NCBI GenBank assembly: GCA_965248355.1 | Contig: OZ252098.1 | Coordinates: 5,280,001-5,344,000, forward strand | DNA from: Candidatus Latescibacterota bacterium | GTDB lineage: Bacteria > Latescibacterota > UBA2968 > UBA8231 | Length of the DNA: 64,000 nt | Reading direction: 5' to 3' | Shown here: positions 28,801-39,700 of the stretch, piece after piece | Layout of the letters: each line of letters begins with the position of its first letter | How positions within the stretch are numbered: position 1 is the first letter of the stretch | Made by a program: the position numbers and the translations under genes | Notes under the pieces: model-generated | Told to the model about the DNA's origin: nothing | The model's input: the letters and a program-made list of their open reading frames with translations, nothing else | The model's database searches: none

Positions 28801-29823
28801 GTGAAACCCTTTCTCGATTCCACCGACGCCGTCGACGACGGCCCCGAGCTGGCGCGGCGCATGGACCGCAACGGCTACCTGTTCGTGCGCGGCCTGCTGC
28901 CCGCGGACCAACTGGAGATCGTGCGCCGGCGCTTCCTCGGCTTTGCCCGCGACGCCGGCTGGCTCGTGGAGGGCACGGATCTCGCCGAGGCCCTGGCCGA
29001 TCTCGAGGGCTTCTGCGTCGAGCCGCAGCCGGAGTACATGGCCGTGATCCGCGCCGTCCACGAGCTGGAGGAGTTCCACGCCCTGCAGCACTCGCCCGAG
29101 CTGCTGGCCCTGCTCGGGCGCCTGTGCGGCGGTTCCGAGATCCTGCCCCACCCGAGGCTCATCCCGCGCGCCATCTTCCCCCGGCGGGAGGCGTACACGA
29201 CCCCGCCGCACCAGGACTTCATCCCCATCCAGGGCACGGAATCGACCTACACGGCCTGGATCCCCCTGTCCGCCCTGCCCGCCGACATGGGCGGCGTGCA
29301 GATCGCCGCCGGCTCCCACCTCGGCGGCATCTACGACTTCCGGCCGGCCCTCGGCGCCGGCGGCATCGAGATCACCCGCTCCTTCGACGGCACCTGGCGC
29401 GGCGGCCCCTTCGCCCAGGGCGACGTCCTGTTCTTCCACAGCCTCGCCGTGCACCGGGGCGTGCCGAACGTCTCCGAGCGCCTGCGCATGTCCTTCGACG
29501 CCCGCTTCCAGCGCGTCGGCGACCCCATCTCGCCGGACACGCTGCTGCCCTTCACCCGGCCCCAGACGTGGGAGGAGATCTACGCCGGCTGGACGGCCGA
29601 CTCGCCGTACCGCTACTACTGGGAGGGGCATAGCCTGGACCTGAAGAAGTACGACCCCAGCTACCACCGAAAGCGGGACGCCATGGCCATGGAGATGGCC
29701 GAGGAGGGGGATCCGCGGGCGCGCTCCGCGCTGCAGCGGATCGTCGCACGAGACCAGGACCCCGGGCGCCGCGAGAAGGCCCGGGAACTGCTGGAGAGTC
29801 TCGACCGCCCGGCGCCGGGTTGA
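28801..29823 (+). CDS. PhyH-family dioxygenase
   Basis: PHQD, YTAWIPL, AGSH, GDVLFFH, AVHRG. Confidence 0.9.
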   Translation: MKPFLDSTDAVDDGPELARRMDRNGYLFVRGLLPADQLEIVRRRFLGFARDAGWLVEGTDLAEALADLEGFCVEPQPEYMAVIRAVHELEEFHALQHSPELLALLGRLCGGSEILPHPRLIPRAIFPRREAYTTPPHQDFIPIQGTESTYTAWIPLSALPADMGGVQIAAGSHLGGIYDFRPALGAGGIEITRSFDGTWRGGPFAQGDVLFFHSLAVHRGVPNVSERLRMSFDARFQRVGDPISPDTLLPFTRPQTWEEIYAGWTADSPYRYYWEGHSLDLKKYDPSYHRKRDAMAMEMAEEGDPRARSALQRIVARDQDPGRREKARELLESLDRPAPG

Positions 29824-29939
29824 GCCGGCGGCCGCGGGTCAGGCGCCCTCGACCAGGACCCGCCGCCAGCCATCGGACCCGGGAGCGGCCGGAGGGTTCG
29901 CCCTCCGACTGAGTTGCGCCGGCCGTTCAGGCCCGGCGC

Positions 29940-30692
29940 TCAGACGCAGCCCTCGTACTCGCGGCCGCTGAGCAAGTGGTAGCTCGGCTGGTCGCCCTCG
30001 CCGGTCCAGTGGGATCTCGCCGTCATGTAGTGGGTGGCCAGGCCGCGGCGGAAGGTCGGCGTGCGGTTCGGTCCGGAGCGGTGCTGGATCAGCCCGTGGT
30101 GGAAGGAGCAGCCGCCGGCCCGCAGGGTCACGGCCCGCTCCCGCTCCCGGTCGATGGCGGCGTCGGGGATCTTCATGTCCTTGCGGTCACCGACCATCCA
30201 CGCCTCGCTGTGATCGACGGCGCCGAGCTTGTGGCTGCCGGCGACCACGTACATGCAGCCGTTCTCCTCGGTCACGTCGTCGAGGGCCACCCAGGCCGTG
30301 ATCATCTCCATGGGCCGGATGGGGAAGTAGGGGCAGTCCTGGTGGTAGGTCTTCTCGATGCCCCCGGGGGGCTTCATGAAGAGTTGGTCGCCGAAGAGCT
30401 TCACGTCCTCGCCCAGCAGGTCGACGATGGCCTCGAGGATGCGTGGATGGCGGGCGTGGCCGACGAAGAACGAGTCGTGCCCGCTCGGCTTGTTGATCTT
30501 GCGCAGATGCTCCATGCGCCGGCCCGAGGCCCCGGGCTCGTACTCGACGGAGCTCTCGGGGAACTCCACCTCCCCGTCGGCGATCCCGCGCACCCGCTCG
30601 CGCAGGGCCTCCACCTCCCCCTCCTCCAGGCACGGGTCCAGAATGAGGTACCCCTCGTCATGAAAACGTTCGGTCTGTTCCGTGGACAGCAT
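29940..30692 (-). CDS. PhyH-family dioxygenase
   Basis: MKPP, YHQD, WVALDD, ENGCM, GSH, HRSGPN. Confidence 0.92.
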   Translation of the reverse strand: MLSTEQTERFHDEGYLILDPCLEEGEVEALRERVRGIADGEVEFPESSVEYEPGASGRRMEHLRKINKPSGHDSFFVGHARHPRILEAIVDLLGEDVKLFGDQLFMKPPGGIEKTYHQDCPYFPIRPMEMITAWVALDDVTEENGCMYVVAGSHKLGAVDHSEAWMVGDRKDMKIPDAAIDRERERAVTLRAGGCSFHHGLIQHRSGPNRTPTFRRGLATHYMTARSHWTGEGDQPSYHLLSGREYEGCV

Positions 30693-31023
30693 GGCGGCTC
30701 CTTTTCTGGGGGCCAACGAAAGCCGGACCTCCGCTACAGGGCAAGGCGGGCGAGCCTGCGCCGACGGGGCGATCCTCCCTTGCAGCGCCGGCGGCGATCT
30801 CGTAGATGAGGGGCGCCACCCACCTGGAAGGAGAGCCGATGGCCCCGCCGATCACCAGACAGAAGGCTATCCCGCGCCGGGCCGGGACCCGGACCCCGGC
30901 CCGGGGCGACGAGGAATTCCCCAGCCGCCGGAGCCGCGCCCGCCCGGAGCCCGAGGCTCAAGCCGCGCGACGGGGCGAGGATTTCCCCCACGGCCGGATC
31001 CCTGTCCGCCCGGAGGACCGCAC

Positions 31024-32358
31024 GTGAGCGCCGAGCGCCCGCCGCCCCGGGGCTTGTGGGGCCTGCTGCGCAACATCGGGCCGGGGGTGGTGGTCTCGGG
31101 GTCCGTGGTCGGCTCCGGCGAGCTGCTGGTGACCACGCGCATGGGCGCCGAGGTCGGGTTCGTCTTCCTCTGGGGGGTGATCCTCGCCTGCGTCATCAAG
31201 TTCTTCATCCAGCTCGAGCTGGGCCGCCAGTGCCTGCTCCACGACGACACCACCATCGACGCCCTGGACCGGCTCCCCGGGTTCCGCCCCGGCGGCGTCT
31301 CGCTGGGCGCCTGGGTCTGCGTGGCCGGCTACTTCTCGGTCTTCATCGCCGTCATCGGCATCCTCGGCTCGGTGGCCGGCCTGATGCAGTCGGTCCTGCC
31401 CGCGCTGCCCCACCAGGTGTGGGCGGTCATGGTCTTCGCCGCCATGACCCTGCTGCTGTGGCGCGGTCTGTACCAGGACCTGGAGAAGATGGTGGCCGTC
31501 CTGGTGGCCACCTTCAGCAGCATCGTCATCGGCTGCCTGATCGCGCTGCAGGGCACGCCCCACGCCATGTCGGCGGCCGAGCTGGCCTCGGGGTTCGGCT
31601 TCGAGATGCCCTCCGACGGGGCCTTCGTGGCCCTGGCGGTGATGGGCTCGGTGGGGGCCACCGCGGTGGAGTTGTTCATGTATCCCTACTGGGTGCGTGA
31701 GAAAGGCTACCCGCGCTTCATCGGCCCCGACGACGGCACCCCCGAGTGGCGCCTCCGCTACCGCGGCTGGATGCGGGTGCTGGCCACCGACGCCGGCGTG
31801 TGCACGGCCATCGCCCTGGCCATCACCTGCGCCTACTACCTGCTCGGCGCCTCCGTGCTGTCGCGGCTGCAGGTCCTGCCCGCGGGCATCGACGTGGCCG
31901 ACCAAGTCTCCCTGATCTTCACCGAGACCCTGGGGCCGGCGGCCAAGGCGGTCTTCATGGTCGGCGCCTTCTGCACCCTGTTCTCCACCCTCCTGGTCTT
32001 CGCCGCCAGCTCGGGGCGGATCGGCGCCGACTTCCTGCAGCGCCTGAAACTGCCCGCCGCCGCCGGCGAGGCGGGGCGCCTGAGGGTTGCGCGCATCCTG
32101 CAGGTGGCGTTTCCGGCCTTCTGGCTGTGCGTCATCCTGGTGAAGTCGGACACGCCCTTCCTGCTGGTGCTGCTGGGGGCCAACGCCAACAACCTGCTGC
32201 TGATTCCCCTGGCCTTCGGCGTGCTCCACCTGGCCATGCGCGAGGCGCCGGACCGGCGCATGTCCATGTGGCTGGAGCTGGGCCTGCTGGCCAGCCTCTG
32301 GGCGATCGTCAGCTTCACGGCGGTCAACCTGTATCTGAAGTGGACGGGGGGCGGGTAG
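31024..32358 (+). CDS. Nramp-like (APC-fold) membrane transporter
   Basis: IGPGVVVSGSVVGSGELL, YPYWVREKG, about 11 TM helices; RBS GGAGG. Confidence 0.85.
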   Translation: MSAERPPPRGLWGLLRNIGPGVVVSGSVVGSGELLVTTRMGAEVGFVFLWGVILACVIKFFIQLELGRQCLLHDDTTIDALDRLPGFRPGGVSLGAWVCVAGYFSVFIAVIGILGSVAGLMQSVLPALPHQVWAVMVFAAMTLLLWRGLYQDLEKMVAVLVATFSSIVIGCLIALQGTPHAMSAAELASGFGFEMPSDGAFVALAVMGSVGATAVELFMYPYWVREKGYPRFIGPDDGTPEWRLRYRGWMRVLATDAGVCTAIALAITCAYYLLGASVLSRLQVLPAGIDVADQVSLIFTETLGPAAKAVFMVGAFCTLFSTLLVFAASSGRIGADFLQRLKLPAAAGEAGRLRVARILQVAFPAFWLCVILVKSDTPFLLVLLGANANNLLLIPLAFGVLHLAMREAPDRRMSMWLELGLLASLWAIVSFTAVNLYLKWTGGG

Positions 32359-32424
32359 CGAGCCGGCGGCTCAGGCCACCAGGATCGTGTCGGCGAACTG
32401 CGACAATTGACCTTCGACTCGGCC

Positions 32425-32496
32425 ACGCTTGAGCCGGGGAAGAGGGGCGGGAAGCCGTGCATTCGCGGGCTCAGGATCACGGTGTACGATGTCCTC
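32425..32496 (+). pseudogene. DUF433 antitoxin fragment
   Basis: TLEPGKRGGKPCIRGLRITVYDVL is the DUF433 signature, truncated on both sides. Confidence 0.75.
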
Positions 32497-32717
32497 GCAT
32501 GCGGGAAGTGTTGCAGCACGCGAAGGGTCGGTTCCGCCGTGCCGCACCCGAGATCGACGAACTCGAAGGCGTCCTCCGGATCGAAGGGGATGAGGTCGAC
32601 GATCATCCCAAGGCCGTTCTCGTAGGGAGGGCTCAGCACGGGCTGGAGCCGATCGTACGACTCGGCCACCGCCGCGAAGTAGCTGTCACCGTCCGTTGAC
32701 GTGCAGGGGACTCCCAT
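32495..32717 (-). pseudogene. N-terminal fragment of a class I SAM methyltransferase
   Basis: YDRLQ...FVDLGCGT...HFPHAR, then the frame runs into antisense DUF433/Nramp DNA. Confidence 0.7.
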
Positions 32718-32732
32718 GCCTTCCTTCTCCTC

Positions 32733-33917
32733 TCAGACGAGGGCCATGAGGAACCGGCGGGCCGGCACCACCCGGACACCGGTCTTCCGATCCAGGTAGT
32801 CGTGCTGGTCCAGCGGCGTGACACAGTAACGCTGCTCGACCCCCAGCTTGCCGCCGAAGTAACGCAGGTGTCCGAGTCCTCCGGGCGCGCCGGCCTTGCA
32901 CTCCACCAGGAACCAGGGCTCGTCCTCCCATAGCACCAGGAAGTCGACTTCCCGCTTCTGCTGGTCGCGCACGTAGCAGAGGGCCGCGTCGATGCCGTGG
33001 CTGTCCTCGTAGTAGTGGCAGAGCTTCAGCAGGTGGGCGGCGACCATGTTCTCGAAGCGGGGCCCTTCCTCCTTCACCTCGGACCAGCCCACAGGTAGTA
33101 CTTCGATTCCTTCTTCAGGGCCCGCTCCAGGCGCCGGTGCCAGGGGGGCACGCGGAACAGGTAGTAGTTGCGGGCCAGCAGCTCGATCCAGCTCCGGACG
33201 GTCTTGGGGCTGGCCTCGACGTCCTCGGCCAGGCTGCTGATCGACAGGGGTGAGCCGACCCGCCCCGGGAGCAGGCTGCCCAGCAGCTCGACCTGGGCCA
33301 GGGAGCGCACCGCCTCGGTCTCGCGGATGTCCTCCCGGAAGACCCGCTCGAAGCGCTCCTTCTGCCAGCGCCGGAGGGTGCGCTCGCGGCCGGCGAGGCA
33401 GGGCTCGGGGAAGCCGCCGAAGGTGAGGAGGGTGTCCAGGTGGCGGCCGTCCCGATCGAGATCCAGGGGGGGCGGCCCGGTGGGAAAGGGAGAGGGGGGA
33501 GCGCCGGGTTCGTTCAGCTCGCCCAGGGAGAAGGGATGGAGCCGGTAGTAGCGGTAGCGCCCGAGGAGTGAATCCCCGCCGCGGCGGAAAGTGTCGAGGC
33601 GGGAACTGCCGGTGACGATGATGCGCTCGCCGGAGGGGCGGGTGTCCCACAGTCCCCTGACCAGTCCCTTCCAGCGGGGCCACTTGTGGATCTCGCCGAG
33701 GATGAGCAGGTCGGTACCGGGAGGCCAGTGGCCCTGGAGCATGGCCTGCCGGTGGGGACGGTGGTCCCAGTTCAGGTAGGCCGTTGCCCCGAAGCCCTCA
33801 CCGACCAGCCGCGCCAACGTGGTCTTGCCCACCTGCCGGGGACCACCGACGAAGACCATGCGCCGGTCGAGATCTTCGTGGATGTGCCCTTCGAGATACC
33901 GGCGCCGGGGAGCTCAC
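32733..33917 (-). pseudogene. AAA_14 ATPase + DUF4143 protein, frameshifted
   Basis: GPRQVGKTT, TGSS, FGGFPEP, FENMV, REVDF, VECK. 1-nt deletion ~33087 (YYLW-DWSEV), Walker B ILGE instead of ILDE, likely start GTG out of frame. Confidence 0.85.
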
Positions 33918-34672
33918 CGCCGTTCCCGCTCCACCAGGTCCACATACCTCACCCCCGCCCCCCCGAACAGATCCAGGGCGCTGCCCACGGTGAAGTCGAA
34001 GCGGCCGCCCCCCAGCTCGGCGATGCGGTCCACGTCGGACAGGGAGCGCACGCCGCCGGCGTAGGTCGTGGGCAGGGGCGAGACTTCGGCGAGCAAGGTG
34101 ATCAGGCGCTCGTCGACGCCCTCCTGCCGGCCCTCCACCTGCGTGGCGTGCACGAGGAACTCGGAGCAGTGCTCCGCAAGTCCCTCGAGTCCGTCCCGGG
34201 TGATCTCGAAGTCGGTGAGCCGCTGCCAGCGGTCGGCGGCCACCACGTAGCGGCCGTCCTCCAGGGGAGCGCAGCTCAAGTCGAGGACGAGGCGCTCCCG
34301 CCCGGCCGCCGCGGACAGCTCCCGCAGAGCCTCGGGCCGGAAGCTCCCGCCGCGGAAGACGAAGGAGGTGGCGAGGACGGCGGCGGCTCCCCGGTCGAGC
34401 CAGGCGGCGGTGTTGCCGGGGTCGATGCCGCCGCCCACCTGCAGGCCGCCGGGGAAGGCGGCCAGGGCCTCGGCGGCGGCGGCCTCGTTCCCCGGGCCGA
34501 GCATGATCACGTGACCGCCGCGCAGGCCGTCGCGCCGGTAGAGGTCCGCGTAGTAGGCCGGGGGCCTCCCGGCGTCGAAGTTCGTCCGCGGAGCCTCGCC
34601 GTCGCGGAGGCTGCCGCCGACGATCTGCTTCACCCGTCCTTCGTGGAGGTCGATGCAGGGGCGGAAGCGCAT
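33914..34672 (-). CDS. hisA: ProFAR isomerase, eukaryote-like His6 type
   Basis: MRFRPCIDLHEGRVKQIVGGSL, GGHVIMLG, LQVGGG, LVLDLSC, TYAGG, TVGSALDLFGG. Confidence 0.93.
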   Translation of the reverse strand: MRFRPCIDLHEGRVKQIVGGSLRDGEAPRTNFDAGRPPAYYADLYRRDGLRGGHVIMLGPGNEAAAAEALAAFPGGLQVGGGIDPGNTAAWLDRGAAAVLATSFVFRGGSFRPEALRELSAAAGRERLVLDLSCAPLEDGRYVVAADRWQRLTDFEITRDGLEGLAEHCSEFLVHATQVEGRQEGVDERLITLLAEVSPLPTTYAGGVRSLSDVDRIAELGGGRFDFTVGSALDLFGGAGVRYVDLVERERR

Positions 34673-34752
34673 GGGCAGGTCCGGGGGCGGTCCGGCCCGG
34701 GGTCCGGGTCCGGAGTGGGGAGCGGGGCTTGGAGGAGCGGAGCCGCCGCGGC

Positions 34753-35610
34753 TCAGCGGGTGGCGAAAACGCCGGGGGTCTCGGCCTGCGCGGAGACGAC
34801 CTCGCCCGTGTGCTCCCCGAGCCAGTCCCTCAGCGGCACCTCTCCCTGCTCGGGGAGCTGGAAGCCCATGGGCCCGGAACTGTCGCCGAGCAGCTGCCGG
34901 CGGATGGGATCGCAACGGGCCAGCAGCTCCTCGGGCTGGGCGGCGTAGTCCATGGGCCGCATCCACCGGTACCCGTAGCCGAAGAACACGCTCTTGCGCG
35001 TGACCGTCGAGTAGTTGTGGCCCACGGCGTGGAGGGTGCGGTTCTCGAAGAGCACGGCGTCGCCGGGGCGGGCGCGGATCTCGAGGTGCTCGCCGTCGGT
35101 GTCGCCCTCGGGCTTGGGCATCGAGGTGTCGTTGCTGCCGGGCAGCAGGCGGATGGCGCCCCGTCCGGGCTCGGCCAGGTCCGAGAGCCAGTAGGCGATC
35201 TTGATGAACATGCGCGGCTGGGCCAGGCCCAGGTCCCTGGGCGAGGTGCCGCCGTCGCGGTGCCAGTCCGAGACCTTGCGGTTTTGCTCCCGGCTGTCCG
35301 TGCTCGGCGGGCGCACCACGAGGTGCGAGGTGATCAGCTGGAGATTGTGGCTGAGGAGCTGCACCACCAGGGGCACCGTGGCGGCGCAGTCGAGCAGCTC
35401 GAGGAAGGCGTCGTCGCGGGGCAGGCAGTCCCGCATCTGCCAGAAGCCGCGGTCGTTCAGGCCCTCGTCCTCGAGGCCCTCGGCGTAGAGGCGGTCGCAG
35501 GCGGCCTCGAGGCGCGACAGCAGGTCGTCCGGCAGGGCCCCCGGCACGACGAGGAAGCCGTCGCGGTCGAAGCTCTGCCGCTGCTCGCCGGTGAGGGGGG
35601 TGAAATCCAT
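34753..35610 (-). CDS. PhyH-family dioxygenase
   Basis: FDRDGFLVV, WHRD, PGDAVLFENRTLH. Confidence 0.9.
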   Translation of the reverse strand: MDFTPLTGEQRQSFDRDGFLVVPGALPDDLLSRLEAACDRLYAEGLEDEGLNDRGFWQMRDCLPRDDAFLELLDCAATVPLVVQLLSHNLQLITSHLVVRPPSTDSREQNRKVSDWHRDGGTSPRDLGLAQPRMFIKIAYWLSDLAEPGRGAIRLLPGSNDTSMPKPEGDTDGEHLEIRARPGDAVLFENRTLHAVGHNYSTVTRKSVFFGYGYRWMRPMDYAAQPEELLARCDPIRRQLLGDSSGPMGFQLPEQGEVPLRDWLGEHTGEVVSAQAETPGVFATR

Positions 35611-35616
35611 GGCCGA

Positions 35617-36213
35617 CTAGGATAGCTCCGTCGGGGCAGGGGTCAAGAGAGCGGCGCGGTACTCGCTCAGCTCGGTGGTCCCGTGCCGGCGCGCGTCGAC
35701 CCGCTGAAGCCCCTCAGGCGACTCGGGGAGATCCAGGCTCCGCGGGTGCTGCACCAGCAGCCGGCCCTCGCCGGCGAGGATCCCGGCCCGGCCGGCGGCG
35801 GCGAGCAGGACCTGGCCCAGGGGACGGCCGTTGTGCAGCGCCCGGTACGGCGGGTCGAGGTAGACCACGTCGAAGCGGCGGCCCTCGGCGGCCAGCTTCC
35901 TCATCACCGTCTGGGCCCGGCCCCCCAGCAGCTCCAGGTGGTTGACGCCCCAGCTCTCCATGAGCCGGCGCAGGGCCTCGCGCCGGCGGCGGTCGGGCTC
36001 CACCGCGGTCACCCGGGCCCCGCGGCTGTAGGCCTCCAGGGCCATCTGCCCCGATCCGGCGCACAGGTCGAGGAAGGCGACTCCCTCCAGCGACGGACCG
36101 AGGCGGTCGAAGACGGCCTCTTTGAGGCGGCTGGAAGTGACCCCGATTCCGCCCTGACGGCGCGGGCTGATGGGGATGTTGCGGCCGCGCAGGCTGCCGG
36201 TGACGATGCGCAA
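35617..36213 (-). CDS. rsmD: 16S rRNA m2G966 methyltransferase
   Basis: LRIVTGSLRGR, LKEAVF, LDLCAGSG, ALEAYSRGA, FDVVYLDPPY. Confidence 0.85.
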   Translation of the reverse strand: MRIVTGSLRGRNIPISPRRQGGIGVTSSRLKEAVFDRLGPSLEGVAFLDLCAGSGQMALEAYSRGARVTAVEPDRRRREALRRLMESWGVNHLELLGGRAQTVMRKLAAEGRRFDVVYLDPPYRALHNGRPLGQVLLAAAGRAGILAGEGRLLVQHPRSLDLPESPEGLQRVDARRHGTTELSEYRAALLTPAPTELS

Positions 36214-36289
36214 GGGACCTCGGCGGACGGGTGCTGGGGAGGACGGTTCCGGGAATGAACGCCCTTGCCGGATTCGCGGCAACGGAGAA

Positions 36290-36420
36290 ACCCATGAGGG
36301 CGAGTTTTCCGACCCGGACTTCGTTTCCGGCGATGAGGCGGTAGAGGTAGAGGCCCGAGGTTCTCGGGGATCGCCAGGTAGATCATCGTATTCGAGTTGA
36401 ACGGGTTCGGAGCCGATCGC
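36290..36420 (-). pseudogene. Orphan FlgD-Ig-type C-terminal domain remnant
   Basis: SAPNPFNSNTMI in one frame and SGLYLYRLIAGNEVRVGKLALM in another; the middle of the domain is missing. Confidence 0.65.
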
Positions 36421-36700
36421 ACGCCGAAGCCGGTCGAATCCGCCAGATCCTCCAGGGCCATGCCCGCCAGGAGCTTGGACGCCGCCCGTGGAGCTACCCC
36501 CGTACGGTGGAGGGTTAAGTGCTTTCGGCAGGTATGGCCGATTGTGCCATTGGCCACCTGGACGGTGCTCAGGCCGTTTTATCGTGGGCGGGGGTCAACG
36601 CGAACGCCGTGGGATCGGTGAACGACACGGTCCGCACACTCCTGCTTCCGGTTCCCTCCCGCCGTGCCCTTCGCAGCGCCGGTCTCTCTCATCGCCGGAA

Positions 36701-39700
36701 TCACGGATCGACCTGGGCGCCGAAGACCCAGGGGCGGGCCTGCTTGATCGCCAGGATGTTGTCGCTGGTGATCTTGAACTCGATCTCCATGGCGAACGGC
36801 TCATCGGGTGCGGGGTCGTACTGTGTCTCGAAGTGGTCATGGATCACTTCAAGATGCTGGCGCAACTGATCCAGTTGGTCTTCGCTCATCAGCAGTTGCC
36901 CCCGCGGCACCTGGTTGGAGAAGCCAAGAACGGAGTAACCACCGAACTCCTGCAGCAGGATTTCCTCCGGTACCGAGTGCGCTTCGGGATTGGTGACCAG
37001 GTCCTCGCCGACCTGCGTGTTGACGTAGTGGCGTCCGTCTCTGCCGTAGATGGGGTCGAAGCTGACGGCGACGCCGTTGGCCAGTTCGTCCCTGTAGCTG
37101 GGATGCACCAGCACCCCCATCGCAGCTTCCATGTGGTCGATACGATGAAAATCGCGTTCGACGAAGGCGCGGAAGTTCCACAGACCGGCGTACACCTCCT
37201 TGAGGGACTTGGCGAGATCCTTCTCGTCCTCGCTGGGCTTCTGGCTCTTCGAGTCATACAGCCCCGCGCCGTTGAACCCGGGCAGATCCTCGTTGTTGGT
37301 GCTGGACCGGTAGCGACGGTTGATCCCCGCGGGGAACCCCTTATTCATGGTCTCGATTGCCGAGACGATCCAATCCGGCGTCTCCGCGTCCTCGATGGCC
37401 TTGCGCAGCTTCTTGAGTGAGTCCGCCTGGGCTTGGAAGTCCGTCTGGAAATCTTCATCCGCCAGCATGGTTTCAATGCGGGTGTAGAAGTCGTTGTGCT
37501 TCATGAACTCGTCGTAGAAATAGAACGGGATCGCGAACCCGTCGGGCACCGTCCCCGCCGGAAAACCCAGCTTCCCCAGCACGGCCACGTTGGCCGCCTT
37601 GACCCCGAACGCGTCCCAGTCATCGAAGCCGATCTCACTGAGCGGCGTGATCTCCGTGACCTCGAGGTCGCGTTGCGGGATCTGTTCATGGGCGGGCCGG
37701 GAAGACTCGTAGTGGGCCTCGACTTCCGCGGGTGTGGCCGCCCCAAGGTCCCAGCCGCCAACCGTCACCTCGTAGCGGACGTAGCTGCCGAGGAGCGCAT
37801 TGATGTCTAAATTGTCGATAGCGTTGCGGATGTAGGCATTAGGGATGCCGTCCTGAATGGCGCGCAGGTTGATGTGCGACAGCCGCGTCTGGGGTACGGT
37901 GCTGACGATGCCGGCCACGCGGGGCAGCTCGTTTGGCAGGGCCTCGTAGATCACCACGTCGCGCGGGTGGGGACGCTCGTCCGGGTTCATGACCCGCAGC
38001 AGGCCGTACCCTTCCCCCGGGTTCAACGCCAGAAAACTGGTTTCGCGGCGGAAGTCCGCGTCGAACACGAGGGACACGCGGGAATCCTGGAAGAGCGGCA
38101 AGTCGGACTGGTAATACCGAAGCTGATAGAACAATATGTAAAAGACCAGATTGTCCTCGAGCAGCGGCATGCCGGCGGCGAGAACCGTATAGAAGCGCGC
38201 AGCGAGGCTGAAGGAGTAACTTGGCTCAAGGTAGTAATGGTAGACCCCCGGATTGCCATCGGGAGCAACGAGGTCCGGATCGTAGGTGACCCTGCCATCG
38301 ATCCCCTCGTACCACTCAAAGCCGAGGGCCTCCCTGAAGTCCGCATGCAGCTTATACGTCTCGGTGTTTGCGAAGTAGATACCCACCTGGTCGGTATCGA
38401 TACCGACCGCTATGAAATTGACGGACCCGTGTACGGAGAGCGTCTCGAACGTTTCCAGATCGGGAATGGACAGGGCGCCTTCAGTGAGTGCGATGGCCGC
38501 CGCGGGGTTCACCGGGTTCATGCCCCCCAGGTTATTGAGTTCCGCGATGTCGTCGATGCAGTCACCATCCACGTCGGCCGGGTCGGCAACCAGATACTTC
38601 TCCACCCGGTAGCGCTCTTCGGGCAGCGCCGCTACGTTCTCGGCGAGCGTGGTCGTGCCCGCTTCGCCTCGCTTGACCAGGACCGGCACCTCTACCGTCG
38701 CGCCATCCACATCGTGCCCGACGTAGAGCACGAAGTACTCGTCGGTCGTGGACGCGACCACGATGGGCACCGCCGTCACTTCCACTTCCACCGGCGTCGG
38801 GGCGTCGCCGCCTTCCGGACAGCTCCTGCCCGACGGGGACCAGAGGCTCACGCCTTCGTCGTTGCGCGCTCGCACCTGCACCTCATAGCTCGTGCCCGGA
38901 GTCCGACCCGTGATGGTCGCGGCCCGTTCCGCGCCGTTGTGTGTCCAGGAGGTAAAGCCGCCGCGGTCCCCTTCCCGGTACTGCAGGTCGTAGTCGCTGA
39001 TGTCCGGGCCGGTGGTGGCCGGCTCGTCCCAGGTTACTGTCAGGCTCGTTGATGAGGCCGGTATGACCCGGGGTGCTGACGGGGTCTCGGGTGGCTCCTG
39101 TTGGTCTATCAGGTTGATCGCCACCTCGATGGTGTTGCTGCCGCCCTGACCGTCTTGCACGCGCACGATCACGACGTAGCTGCTCTTCTCCTCGTAGTCG
39201 TAGGCGACGCCCGCTATTGTCTGAAGCTGGTTGCCATCGAGAGTGAAGGAGGCCCGGTCCGTGCCTTCCAGACGGTAGCGCAGCGTCCCTCCGTCGCCGT
39301 CGCTTGCGGTTATCGGGTTGCCGATATCGGTTGTGCCCGTGGTGTTCTCGGCCAGAGTGCGCGTGGTGCTCGTACCCTCGGTGAAGGTCGGGGCCCGGTT
39401 GGCGATGGTTCTCACGTCAACGGACTCGGACCAGAGGCTCTCGCCTTCGTCGCTGCGCGCCAGCACCTGAACCTCGTAGGGCGTGTTGGCTTTCAACCCG
39501 GTGATGGTCGTGGTCGTGCCGGGACCCACGTGCGGCCAGTCGGTGAAGGCGCCGCCGTCCTCACTGTAATGCACGTCGTAGTCGTTGACGTCGGGGCCGG
39601 TGTTGACCGGCTCGGTCCAGGTCACCGTCAGGCTGGTGGAGGAGGCGGGCTCGACCCGGGGGCGGGCCGGGGCCTGGGGGGGTTCGTCGACGTCGGCCAC

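Noticed and set aside
30806..31027. Short ORF upstream of the Nramp-like gene
   Set aside because: Low-complexity Arg/Pro sequence with no family signal; it cannot be supported as a gene.
36535..36555. Second possible sigma-54 site (TGGCAC on the minus strand)
   Set aside because: The -12 TTGC element is absent at the required spacing.
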